A DNA stretch of 64,000 nucleotides. Source: Opitutales bacterium (lineage in GTDB: Bacteria; Verrucomicrobiota; Verrucomicrobiia; Opitutales; UBA2995). The position numbers and the translations under genes were made by a program. Below are positions 55,115-63,641 of the stretch, one piece after another; the first letter of the stretch is position 1; each line of letters begins with the position of its first letter. Location of the stretch: the NCBI GenBank assembly GCA_965250065.1, contig OZ252288.1, forward strand, positions 578,693-642,692, read 5' to 3'. Below the pieces are notes generated by a model. The model was not told where the DNA came from. It saw only the letters and a list, made by a program, of their open reading frames with translations, and ran no database searches.

Positions 55115-55459
55115 ATGAATATCGACCTGTTTGATAATCCAAACCCGCAGAGAGATTATGAGATCCAACACATTGCCGAGGAGTTTACCTCGGTCTGTCC
55201 GGTTACGGGGCATCCGGATTTTGGAAAAATCGTGCTCACCTACATAGCAGATGCAAAGTGCATCGAGCTAAAATCCTACAAGGAGTATTTGCAGGGATAC
55301 CGCAACGAAGGCATTTATTACGAAGCCGTCACCAACAAAATCCTGGACGACCTGGTCGAGCTCTGCTCTCCCCGCTGGATGAAGGTTGAAACCATCTGGA
55401 CCGGGAGGGGAGGCATTCATTCCCGTATAACGGCGGAATATAAAGGAAGGGAAGTTTGA
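55115..55459 (+). CDS. queF: NADPH-dependent 7-cyano-7-deazaguanine (preQ0) reductase, unimodular type
   Basis: 114-aa ORF. Motifs: EEFTSVCPVTGHPDFGKIVLTY (catalytic Cys), ELKSYKEYL (QueF motif), TGRGGI. Confidence 0.9.
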   Translation: MNIDLFDNPNPQRDYEIQHIAEEFTSVCPVTGHPDFGKIVLTYIADAKCIELKSYKEYLQGYRNEGIYYEAVTNKILDDLVELCSPRWMKVETIWTGRGGIHSRITAEYKGREV

Positions 55460-55807
55460 CCACGGATGGGTTAGAGGGGTTAACCACGGATGCTTAGAGT
55501 TGCTTAGATTCTGAGGTACTGAGATGCTGAGAAAAAGGCACAGCAGGCATCTCTGTACCTCCCTGTGACTTTCGATCACGATCACGATTTATTTCAGCTC
55601 CTTAGTGCCTCTTTGCCTCTGTGTCTCAAAAAAATCCTTCTCGCGAAGCGATCATGTTCTGCTGAAAGCAGATCAAGCGACCAAAGGAAGCGTTGTTAAT
55701 TCCTAATTCTTCCTGTCTTTGCGTTCTCTGTGCCTTTGCGAGAGTCAAATTCTCCGTCCGCGAAGCCGGATCAAGCGAAGCGTTGTTAATTCCTAATTCC
55801 TAATTTC

Positions 55808-56488
55808 TTATTCCCGGCCTTCCACTTTCAAAGTCACAGGTAGACGGGAATTTTCGTCTTCCTCATCCACGTGGAAAATTTTGTGCAATTGGTATCCAGC
55901 TCGATAGGGATGCTTCCCCTCTTTGACTTTTTGGTTAATCAATTGAAGAATTTCAAAATCTTGCCGTTTGGACCATTCGGGATTGAGCCAGATCGATTCG
56001 GTGCACCAGACGTGGCCAATTTCCTTTTCCCAGAAGTCGATGGCATGCAAAGAATCGACTATAATTTTTAATTCGTCGGCCCGGACGATGCAGTCGAGGG
56101 TTGGTTTTTTCCACTCCTTTGGGCTTACGGTGACCCAGTCAAAGGTCCCGAGGAGGGGAAAAGCACCGGATGTTTCCAGATGGACCTTGAGGTTACGTTG
56201 GCGGAGACAATCGGTGAGTTCCCCCAGATCGTGAATGGCTGGTTCGCCCCCGGTAATGACGACGATCCGGGGACCTCGATCAGCCGCCATTTCAGCCAGT
56301 TCTCGGGGAGAAAATTTACCCACGTGTGCCGGGATATGATCGGGGTGCCAAGTGCCGGCCGAATCGCACCAGGGGCAGTGGACCGGGCAGCCGAAGAGCC
56401 GAATAAAATATGCGGGCTTTCCCATGTGGCAACCTTCACCCTGCCAACTGTAGAATGTCTCGTAAACCGGAAGCATTTTCATGGGCAA
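55808..56488 (-). CDS. queE: 7-carboxy-7-deazaguanine synthase (radical SAM)
   Basis: 226-aa ORF. Motifs: ETFYSWQGEG, FIRLFGCPVHCPWCDS (CxxxCxxC). Confidence 0.9.
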   Translation of the reverse strand: MPMKMLPVYETFYSWQGEGCHMGKPAYFIRLFGCPVHCPWCDSAGTWHPDHIPAHVGKFSPRELAEMAADRGPRIVVITGGEPAIHDLGELTDCLRQRNLKVHLETSGAFPLLGTFDWVTVSPKEWKKPTLDCIVRADELKIIVDSLHAIDFWEKEIGHVWCTESIWLNPEWSKRQDFEILQLINQKVKEGKHPYRAGYQLHKIFHVDEEDENSRLPVTLKVEGRE

Positions 56489-56907
56489 TATTCGGCTGAA
56501 TTTTTGCCGTCTTCAAATACTTCCAGCGCCACCAGGAATACGCGTTCTCCATGATTTTCAGTCAGTATTGGCTCGATGGCGTGAAATAGATGTCGGGCAA
56601 TGCCTTCAGCCGAACAAATTTCCAGCGGGTAGGGCCTGAAGGTGTCGGGAAATAGCCGTAATAATTTTTTGGAAACTTCGTCGTCGTTATTGTGGAGGTA
56701 GGCGTGGTCCAGGTTTTCCGCCAGCCAATCCTCGATAAATTTCAGGTCTCCCAAGTCGACCACGAATCCCGATTCATCCAGCTCATTACAGCCGAAAGTG
56801 AATTTAAAGGACCAGTTGTGGCCGTGTATAAATGAGCATAGACCGCCGTGCTCGTGCTGGCGATGGGCAAAAGGGATGTCGGTGTAAGTCTTTGAACAGG
56901 TAAACAT
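56479..56907 (-). CDS. queD: 6-carboxy-5,6,7,8-tetrahydropterin synthase
   Basis: 142-aa ORF with FAHRQHEHGGLCSFIHGHNW (PTPS/QueD Zn and Cys motif). It overlaps queE by 10 bp. Confidence 0.88.
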   Translation of the reverse strand: MFTCSKTYTDIPFAHRQHEHGGLCSFIHGHNWSFKFTFGCNELDESGFVVDLGDLKFIEDWLAENLDHAYLHNNDDEVSKKLLRLFPDTFRPYPLEICSAEGIARHLFHAIEPILTENHGERVFLVALEVFEDGKNSAEYCP

Positions 56908-56908
56908 T

Positions 56909-57610
56909 TTAAAGCCTCCAGTCGTTGGCGATCATCTTATCGACCGAGGGCGCATCGGATGCATATAGGGTTGGATCGTCGACTCCCGCTTGGTAAAATG
57001 CCTCCCGGCGTTCAACACAGGTGCCGCAGCGACCACAGTGAATTTCGCCGCCTTCATAACAGGACCATGTCAGTTCAAAGGGCGCTCCCAAAGCTTTGCC
57101 GCGCTGGACGATGGCCCTTTTATCCAGACCAATGAAGGGACGGTTAAGGCTGACTTCCCGCCAGTCCGCCAGCCGGATGGCTTTACCCAGGGCCTGGGCG
57201 AACTGCTCCCGACAATCGGGATAAATGGCGTGATCACCCGCATGTGCCGCGTAAGAAACGGAATCGGCTTTCAGCGATATGGCCCAGGAAGTGGCCAGGG
57301 CAAGCAGTAGCATGTTGCGATTGGGAACCACGGTGGACTTCATGGATTCCTCTTGGTAGTGGCCATGAGGAATAGGGAGATTCGGGTCGGTCAGGCTGCT
57401 TCCCTTGAGCAATTCGCATACCGAGGATAAATCGATAATTTTGTGCGAAACACCGAGATTTTTAGTGACGGCTCGGGCTGAATCGAGCTCCTTTAGGTGA
57501 CGCTGACCGTAGTTGACGGACAAGGCCGATACTTCGGCGCCTTCGGAGATCAGGTGGTAAAGGAGGACGGTCGAATCCAATCCCCCCGAATAAACGAGTA
57601 CGGTTTTCAT
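56909..57610 (-). CDS. queC: 7-cyano-7-deazaguanine synthase
   Basis: Motifs: [15 protein letters not shown] (PP-loop), [14 protein letters not shown] (Zn cluster). The alternative upstream start is at 57643. Confidence 0.9.
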
Positions 57611-57720
57611 GAAATTCAGTGGTTTAATGCTCCGACCCTTCAATCAGTTCAGACAGGTGCAATGCCTGGGAATTTATAGCAGGCGGGAGAAACCATGCTC
57701 CAATTATTAGCTTTGGCAAC

Positions 57721-58186
57721 TTAAACCCGCATATCTCACTTAATTAATCGAGAGGGAAGGATGATCGTGTGCTGGTGTGGGCTTCCTTGCACGCCCCGTC
57801 GGGGTCATTCCTTGCACGCCCGTCGGGGTCATTCCTTGCAATCTTGACGTCGCTTGCGATGTTAAGATTCTAGGTTTGACCCCTTCCTCCGCAACCCACG
57901 ACTAGGTTTGACCCCTTAAAACCAAGCACGATTCTAGGTTTGACCCCTTCCTCCGCGACAAGGTTGTTATGTAAAGTGCCGTTGCACTCGGTACTGCGCT
58001 TCGCTTGTAGATGTGTCACTTCGTTCGGTAGTTGAGATGTCGTCGCATCCGCGCCTTGATAGACCCCATCCTCCACCAAATTCCTAATTCCTAATTCCTA
58101 ATTCCTAATTCCTAATTCCTAATTCTTCTTAACCCCTTCCTACCGCGCTGGAGCGCAGTAGAAAATTTGTGAGACATGCGGGTTAG
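57721..58186. repeat. 466-bp composite repeat bounded by inverted family A ends
   Basis: TTAAACCCGCATATCTCAC lies at 57721 and GTGAGACATGCGGGTTAG ends at 58186. Contents:
- 2 x CGTCGGGGTCATTCCTTGCA.
- 3 x CTAGGTTTGACCCCTT.
- A C module at 57965-58061.
- 6 x TTCCTAA at 58081-58122.

A 10-bp direct repeat TTGGCAACTT flanks it at 57713-57722 and 58189-58198. Confidence 0.8.
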
Positions 58187-58250
58187 TCTTGGCAACTTTA
58201 TATTTCATTTGAGCCGGCTCACGGCCTGTGCAGGCTGATTCTCTGTGCTC

Positions 58251-59267
58251 ATGGCAAAATCACTCACTGAACAATGCCGGGAAGAAGCCCTCAACCTGGG
58301 CTTTGATCTCTGTGGTTTTGCCTCCATAGAGGTGAATTTGCGGAAGGAATTTTACCGGCAATGGATTGAGGATGGCCAGCATGGCACCATGACCTGGATG
58401 GAACACAACAACGATCGTCGTCTCGATCCTGCTAAAATTATCCCCGGAGCCCGATCCATTGTCATGGTTGGATTAAACTATTTCCAGCCCGAGCCGGAGA
58501 TGCGGGGCCGCATAGCCAAATATGCCCTGGGCAGGGACTATCACAAGTTGATGTATAAGCGCCTTAAAAAACTGTGCGCCTGGATGCGGGAGCGGGGTGG
58601 GGCACAAAAACCTTATGTCGATACCGGACCCGTCCTGGAAAAACCTATCGCGGTTGAGGCCGGACTTGGGTGGTTGAGTAAAAATACGCTGCTTCTGCAC
58701 CGAAAGTTTGGGACCTGGTTATTTTTGGGAACCGTGGTAACTACGCTCGAATTCGAGCCGGATCCGGTTGAATCAGACCACTGCGGCAGTTGTAGGCGTT
58801 GCCTGGACGTCTGTCCTACCGATGCCTTCCCGGCGCCGTATCAACTGGATGCCTCGCGTTGTATTTCTTACCTTACAATCGAGCACCAGGGCTCCATACC
58901 TTTGGAGTTTCGGGAAGCTATTGGTGACCGGATATTTGGTTGCGACGATTGTCTCGACGTATGTCCATGGAATCGATGGGCGCAAACCACCCGAGAGTCC
59001 AAGTTCCTGTTTCCCGGATTGCCGGACTTGCGTGAAACGCTCAGTTGGACGGATGCGGACTTTACCCGACGTTTTCAGGGCACGCCCCTGGCACGTTTGA
59101 AACTGCCTCGCTGGAAGCGCAATGTTTGTGTGGTGTTGGGAAATATTGGGGCCGAGTCGGATCTCCCCGCGCTCGAAATCTTGGCCCAGGGCAGTGACCC
59201 GATGGTTGCTGAACATGCCAAATGGGCGATTGAGAGCATTTCTTCACGACTTGTCAGCGCGACATGA
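58251..59267 (+). CDS. queG: Epoxyqueuosine reductase (cobalamin/4Fe-4S)
   Basis: Motifs: GRIAKYALGRDYHK, CGSCRRCLDVCPTDAF, CISYLTIEH, GCDDCLDVCPWN. Confidence 0.9.
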   Translation: MAKSLTEQCREEALNLGFDLCGFASIEVNLRKEFYRQWIEDGQHGTMTWMEHNNDRRLDPAKIIPGARSIVMVGLNYFQPEPEMRGRIAKYALGRDYHKLMYKRLKKLCAWMRERGGAQKPYVDTGPVLEKPIAVEAGLGWLSKNTLLLHRKFGTWLFLGTVVTTLEFEPDPVESDHCGSCRRCLDVCPTDAFPAPYQLDASRCISYLTIEHQGSIPLEFREAIGDRIFGCDDCLDVCPWNRWAQTTRESKFLFPGLPDLRETLSWTDADFTRRFQGTPLARLKLPRWKRNVCVVLGNIGAESDLPALEILAQGSDPMVAEHAKWAIESISSRLVSAT

Positions 59268-59992
59268 GCAAGGATGATTTATACGTGAATCTGAAAGCTG
59301 AGCCGGTCCCCTTTGTGTTCGATAAACAGGTGGCGGACGTTTTCCAGGACATGATCGAGCGGTCAGTGCCGGGCTACGAGATGTCTCTGTCGATGATATC
59401 GTTAATTTCCCGGCGCTACGCCCGGTCGAGAACCAGGGGGTACGATCTGGGATGTTCTCTGGGAGCGTCCAGCCTCGCTCTGGTTTGGGACCACCCCAAA
59501 CCGGATTTCAGCTTGGTGGGAGTGGATAACTCCGCTGACATGCTGAAACGATGCACCTTCAATCTCGAGCAGGCCAACCTGCCATGTGAATGGGAATTGT
59601 GGTGGGAGGATATATTGGATGCGCCTATCGAAAATGCATCGATTGTAGTTCTCAATTATACGCTTCAATTTATTCCCTGCGAACGACGATTGGAGCTATT
59701 GAAAAAGATCCATGCGGGACTTGTTCCCGGCGGGGTTTTGTTAGTGTCGGAAAAAATGGCCTTGGCGGCGCCCCGTATGCAGAAATCCATGATGGATTTG
59801 CATCACGACTTTAAGCGGGCTAACGGTTACAGCAACCTGGAGATCAGTCGGAAACGGGACGCGCTGGAAAATGTCTTAATTCCCGAAACAATTGAGCAAC
59901 ACGAGGACCGGTTGAGCAAGTCCGGTTTTACCCAGGTTAGCCAGTGGTTTCAGTGCTTTAATTTTGCCTCGTTAGTCGCGTTTAAAGATTAA
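59264..59992 (+). CDS. cmoA: Carboxy-S-adenosyl-L-methionine synthase
   Basis: 242-aa ORF. Motifs: FDKQVADVFQDMIERSVPGYE, YDLGCSLGAS, VLNYTLQFIP, HHDFKRANGYSNLEISRKR. It overlaps queG by 4 bp. Confidence 0.9.
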   Translation: MSKDDLYVNLKAEPVPFVFDKQVADVFQDMIERSVPGYEMSLSMISLISRRYARSRTRGYDLGCSLGASSLALVWDHPKPDFSLVGVDNSADMLKRCTFNLEQANLPCEWELWWEDILDAPIENASIVVLNYTLQFIPCERRLELLKKIHAGLVPGGVLLVSEKMALAAPRMQKSMMDLHHDFKRANGYSNLEISRKRDALENVLIPETIEQHEDRLSKSGFTQVSQWFQCFNFASLVAFKD

Positions 59993-60016
59993 TTAAACTG
60001 CTCTAATATTGCGGCT

Positions 60017-60997
60017 TTGAGTCTGCTCGATTACAGTCCTTTATACAAATCCTTGCACGGTTCTGCCTTGGAAGGCTGGGTAGCCGATTTGAGACGATTG
60101 ATTAAGGCTAATATCGAGAATTCGACAGATGGACATATGGATGACTGGCTCGGAGCGCTGGCCTCCTTGCCTGCCTTTAAATGCCAATCATACGATCTCA
60201 CGGAGGGGGTTAGATTTGAAGGATCCGCCGTCGACATCGATTTGAGGCAGCTCCTGAAGCGATTTCATCCCTGGCGCAAGGGACCCTTGAAGATCGGCAA
60301 CGTGGAAATCGACACGGAGTGGCGGTCGGATTGGAAGTGGGACAGGCTCAAGAACGAAATCTCCAACCTGGAAGGTCGGCGGGTACTGGACGTCGGTTGT
60401 GGAAACGGCTATTACCTCTGGCGCATGGTGGGTAAGGGAGCGGAACTGGCACTGGGGATCGACCCTTACATGTTGTATGTCATGCAGTTTTGGGCCACCA
60501 AACATTTCGCGCCCGGAGAGCTTCCGGCTTGGGTGCTGCCAATGGGCTGGGAAGAATTGCCCGATATGCTGCCCCATTTCGATACCGTTTTTGCCATGGG
60601 AGTACTTTACCATCGCAAAAAGCACGGCCGGTTCCTGCAACAACTGCAAAACTACCTTAGGCCCGGTGGTGAGTTGGTTTTGGAAACTCTTGTTACGCAA
60701 GGAAACGAGGATGACATCCTGGTTCCGGATGGCCGCTACGCCAAAATGCGCAATGTACATTTTATCCCCAGCGCAGCCGCGCTGGAAACGGCCCTGAAAG
60801 AATCCGGTTGGCAAAATGTTCGGTGCGTTGACGTTACCCCGACTACCATTAAGGAACAGCGTTCCACCGATTGGATGACGTTTGAATCCCTGTCCGATTT
60901 TCTCGATCCCCTTGACCCCAGGTTCACGGTTGAGGGCTATCCCGCACCGCAACGGGCTATTTTCCTGGCGAACAGGGAAGTGAGATATGCGGGTTAA
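60017..60997 (+). CDS. cmoB: tRNA U34 carboxymethyltransferase
   Basis: 326-aa ORF with a TTG start. Motifs: FHPWRKGPLKIGNVEIDTEWRSDWKWDRL, VLDVGCGNGYY, GYPAPQRAIFLA. The last six codons and the stop lie in a family A terminus. Confidence 0.9.
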   Translation: MSLLDYSPLYKSLHGSALEGWVADLRRLIKANIENSTDGHMDDWLGALASLPAFKCQSYDLTEGVRFEGSAVDIDLRQLLKRFHPWRKGPLKIGNVEIDTEWRSDWKWDRLKNEISNLEGRRVLDVGCGNGYYLWRMVGKGAELALGIDPYMLYVMQFWATKHFAPGELPAWVLPMGWEELPDMLPHFDTVFAMGVLYHRKKHGRFLQQLQNYLRPGGELVLETLVTQGNEDDILVPDGRYAKMRNVHFIPSAAALETALKESGWQNVRCVDVTPTTIKEQRSTDWMTFESLSDFLDPLDPRFTVEGYPAPQRAIFLANREVRYAG

Positions 60998-61093
60998 TAC
61001 CATTCAGGTTTGACCGCCTCGTACCCCTCTAAGTACAAAGTATTCTTGATTTCTCCTTTTACCTGAGTGTGCTAGATTGACTCGATTAAGCCT

Positions 61094-62878
61094 ATGAAAC
61101 TTCGAAACTTCTTCCAAATTTTCAGTTTAACCTTGGTTGGCGGGTTAATTACCGCCGGTGCACAGCATAGGCCCAACGTGGTTTTTGTAATCACCGACGA
61201 CCAGGGCTATGGAGATCTGTCCGCCCACGGTAACCCGATTCTAAAAACACCCGCGCTGGATACACTGCATGGCGAAAGCGTCCGTCTGACCGACTATCAC
61301 GTCAGTCCCACCTGTTCACCCACGCGGGGAGCATTGATGAGTGGGCATTTCACCAACCGGGCCGGCCCCTGGCACACCATCATGGGGCGTTCTTTCCTGT
61401 TTCGGGGTGAAGCGACCTTGGGTGAAGTTTTTGCCCAATCGGGTTACCGCACGGGAATGTTTGGCAAATGGCATTTGGGCGACAACTATCCATATCGCCC
61501 GGAGGATCGTGGATTTCACGAAGTGGTTCGCCACGCCGGAGGCGGTGTAGGACAAACTCCCGACTACTGGAATAACTCCTATTTTGACGATACCTATTTC
61601 CACAACAGCATACCGGAGAAGTTTGAGGGTTATTGCACGGATATCTTTTTTGATTCGGCAAAACGATTTATCGAGGACAGCGTTTTACGGGAAAAACCTT
61701 TTTTTGCCTACATTACCACCAATGCTCCGCACGGACCCTTTCACGTAGCCGACGAGTATTGGATGCCTTACCTGAAACTGGGGCTATCCGAACGGGAGGC
61801 TATTTTCTTTGGCATGATAGCCAATATCGACGAAAATGTCGGCGCCATGCGTGAGTGGCTTAAGGCCAAGAACCTGGAAGAAAATACCCTATTCATTTTT
61901 ACTACCGATAATGGCACTGCCACTGGAGAAAAAGTTTGGAACGTAGGGATGCGCGGGAAAAAGGGTAGCGAGTACGAGGGAGGACACCGCGTGCCCCTTT
62001 TTATCCATTGGCCAAAGGCTGGTCTTACCGAAGGACGCGATATATCCCGGTTGAGCGCCCATGTCGACGTGCTACCCACTTTGATTGACCTGTGCGGACT
62101 CCAGGCTCCAATGGATTATTTCTTCGATGGCCGGTCCTTGGCGCCCTTAATTTTCAAACTGCCCACCCCCTGGCCGGACCGGTATCTGGTAACGGATTCG
62201 CAACGGGTTCAGGATCCCATCAAATGGCGCAAGAGTAGCGTCATGACCCAGCGCTGGCGTCTGATCAATGGGGAAGAGCTTTACGACGTGGAAAGTGATC
62301 CGGGCCAGCAGGTGGATATAGCTTCCAAATTTCCTGAGATCGTCGAGAGATTGCGTGGAAACTACGAGGCCTGGTGGACGAGTATCGAACCCGCTTTTGC
62401 AAAATTCGCCAACCTCGTCTTAGGCAATCCATCGGAAAATCCCGCCCAGCTTACGGCACACGATTGGCTCACCGGCAACCTTGGGGTGCCCTGGCATCAG
62501 AGCGCCGTGCGGGCTGGAAAATTGGGGCATGGCTATCCCGGTATATGGGCGGTGGAGGTGGAAACCCCCGGAACCTACCGGTTTTCCCTGCGCCGGTGGC
62601 CGCAGGAATCCAAAGCCGGCCTGGAGGATTCGCTTCCTGCCGGGAAACCGGTTCCCGGGCTGACAGCCTTCCGCGAAACTCCAGGTGAAGCCCTGAAATT
62701 GAAAAGCGCTTTCATCAAAGTGGGCAACCAATCGGCAGAGGAGCAGGTTCTTTCCGGTCAGCAGGGAGTGGATTTCTCCTTGGAATTGTCGGCCGGTAAA
62801 ACCTTTATTGAAGCCTATTTTCATACCATGGAAGATGAGCAATTGGGTGCCTATTATGTTATCGTGGAGAAAAGGTAG
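61094..62878 (+). CDS. Arylsulfatase with C-terminal extension, secreted
   Basis: 594-aa ORF with a signal peptide. Motifs: NVVFVITDDQGYGDLSAHGN, CSPTRGALMSGH (C-x-P-x-R). Confidence 0.9.
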   Translation: MKLRNFFQIFSLTLVGGLITAGAQHRPNVVFVITDDQGYGDLSAHGNPILKTPALDTLHGESVRLTDYHVSPTCSPTRGALMSGHFTNRAGPWHTIMGRSFLFRGEATLGEVFAQSGYRTGMFGKWHLGDNYPYRPEDRGFHEVVRHAGGGVGQTPDYWNNSYFDDTYFHNSIPEKFEGYCTDIFFDSAKRFIEDSVLREKPFFAYITTNAPHGPFHVADEYWMPYLKLGLSEREAIFFGMIANIDENVGAMREWLKAKNLEENTLFIFTTDNGTATGEKVWNVGMRGKKGSEYEGGHRVPLFIHWPKAGLTEGRDISRLSAHVDVLPTLIDLCGLQAPMDYFFDGRSLAPLIFKLPTPWPDRYLVTDSQRVQDPIKWRKSSVMTQRWRLINGEELYDVESDPGQQVDIASKFPEIVERLRGNYEAWWTSIEPAFAKFANLVLGNPSENPAQLTAHDWLTGNLGVPWHQSAVRAGKLGHGYPGIWAVEVETPGTYRFSLRRWPQESKAGLEDSLPAGKPVPGLTAFRETPGEALKLKSAFIKVGNQSAEEQVLSGQQGVDFSLELSAGKTFIEAYFHTMEDEQLGAYYVIVEKR

Positions 62879-62919
62879 GGCAACAGCCTCCGGCTGTGCC
62901 GGGTATTAGTTCGAGTTAG

Positions 62920-63552
62920 TCATTCTTTAAAGAAATCCCACCTCCAGGGCCAATCTGCGGGTACCTTCACCAATCCTGCCCGAACCGGATTCTGACTTAT
63001 ATATTCAGCTTTAGCATCCAGACTTTTCCAACTTCGGATTCGATGGTCAAAAAAACCACGCTGCCAACGTATCTTGCAATGCTTGCTCAGATAACTTTTC
63101 CATGATGTGATGAAACGTTCCATGGACGTGACATTAGAAATGCGACTAGCCCGCATGTCTCACAAATTTCGTGGCGAGCGAATGAAGATCCAGTGCTGGT
63201 GCGGGTTTCGAGACGATGCGCGGGTGAAGCTGGGTCGACACCCTGCAAAGTCGCGCCATCCAACGAGGGCCGCACCAGTGCGGATATTCCGGCGCGCAGT
63301 AGAAAGTTTGTGAGACATGCGGGCTAGTGCATGAATGTGGTCCGGCATCACTAAAATTAGCCTGCAAAACCAATGTTCGTTTTCTTGATAGTACTTTGCA
63401 GATTTCAAAATGAACGTCCCAGTTTCGTTTTTAGCAAATTGATTTAGTCCGCGTGGTTCCCCATTGACCGTAATGAAGAAAAGATCGGAATCTGGAACCC
63501 AGTTCGGAGGGGTGTGGTGGAGTTGTTTTCTCTGGGGAAGGCTGCCTTTCAT
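62920..63552 (-). pseudogene. REP-associated tyrosine transposase (RAYT, Y1/HUH, IS200-like) interrupted by a family A element
   Basis: The N-terminal half ends at 63328 with ...DLFFITVN...LILVMPDHIHA (HUH motif). The C-terminal half starts at 63145 with ...IRWQRGFFDHRIR...AEYISQNPVRAGLVKVPADWPW (Tyr motif). Both halves are in the same frame and an in-frame stop lies inside the insert. Confidence 0.8.
63146..63327. mobile_element. Family A foldback element, full copy 3 (inside the RAYT gene)
   Basis: 182 bp with perfect 21-nt TIRs CTAGCCCGCATGTCTCACAAA. The core is homologous to 15373-15553 and 31006-31186. Confidence 0.88.
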
Positions 63553-63641
63553 GAGCCGAATTTATATAAGAGCTCAGGCATCGTGCGCAATTTTATTGAT
63601 GGCGGCATTGCTACCATAAAAAAAGTTAAATTCAGGTCCAA

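Noticed and set aside
57611-57720. preQ1 riboswitch upstream of queC-queD-queE, and the spacer 55029-55114 upstream of queF.
   Set aside because: I found no short hairpin followed by the A-rich tail (…AUAAAAAACUA…) typical of class I preQ1 aptamers. The hairpin GGCCGGT…ACCGGCC at about 55062-55094 has a 19-nt loop and does not fit. A covariance-model scan is needed to exclude this properly.
63146-63149. Interpreting the outer CTAG/TTAA of family A copies as 4-bp target-site duplications of an IS5-like (YTAR target) MITE.
   Set aside because: The question is unresolved rather than disproved.

- **For:** the tetranucleotides fit YTAR.
- **Against:** they co-vary between the two ends of each copy, as expected for part of the inverted repeat.
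- **Against:** excising the element plus one CTAG (178 bp) from the RAYT gene would not restore its frame.

Many more copies and empty sites are needed.
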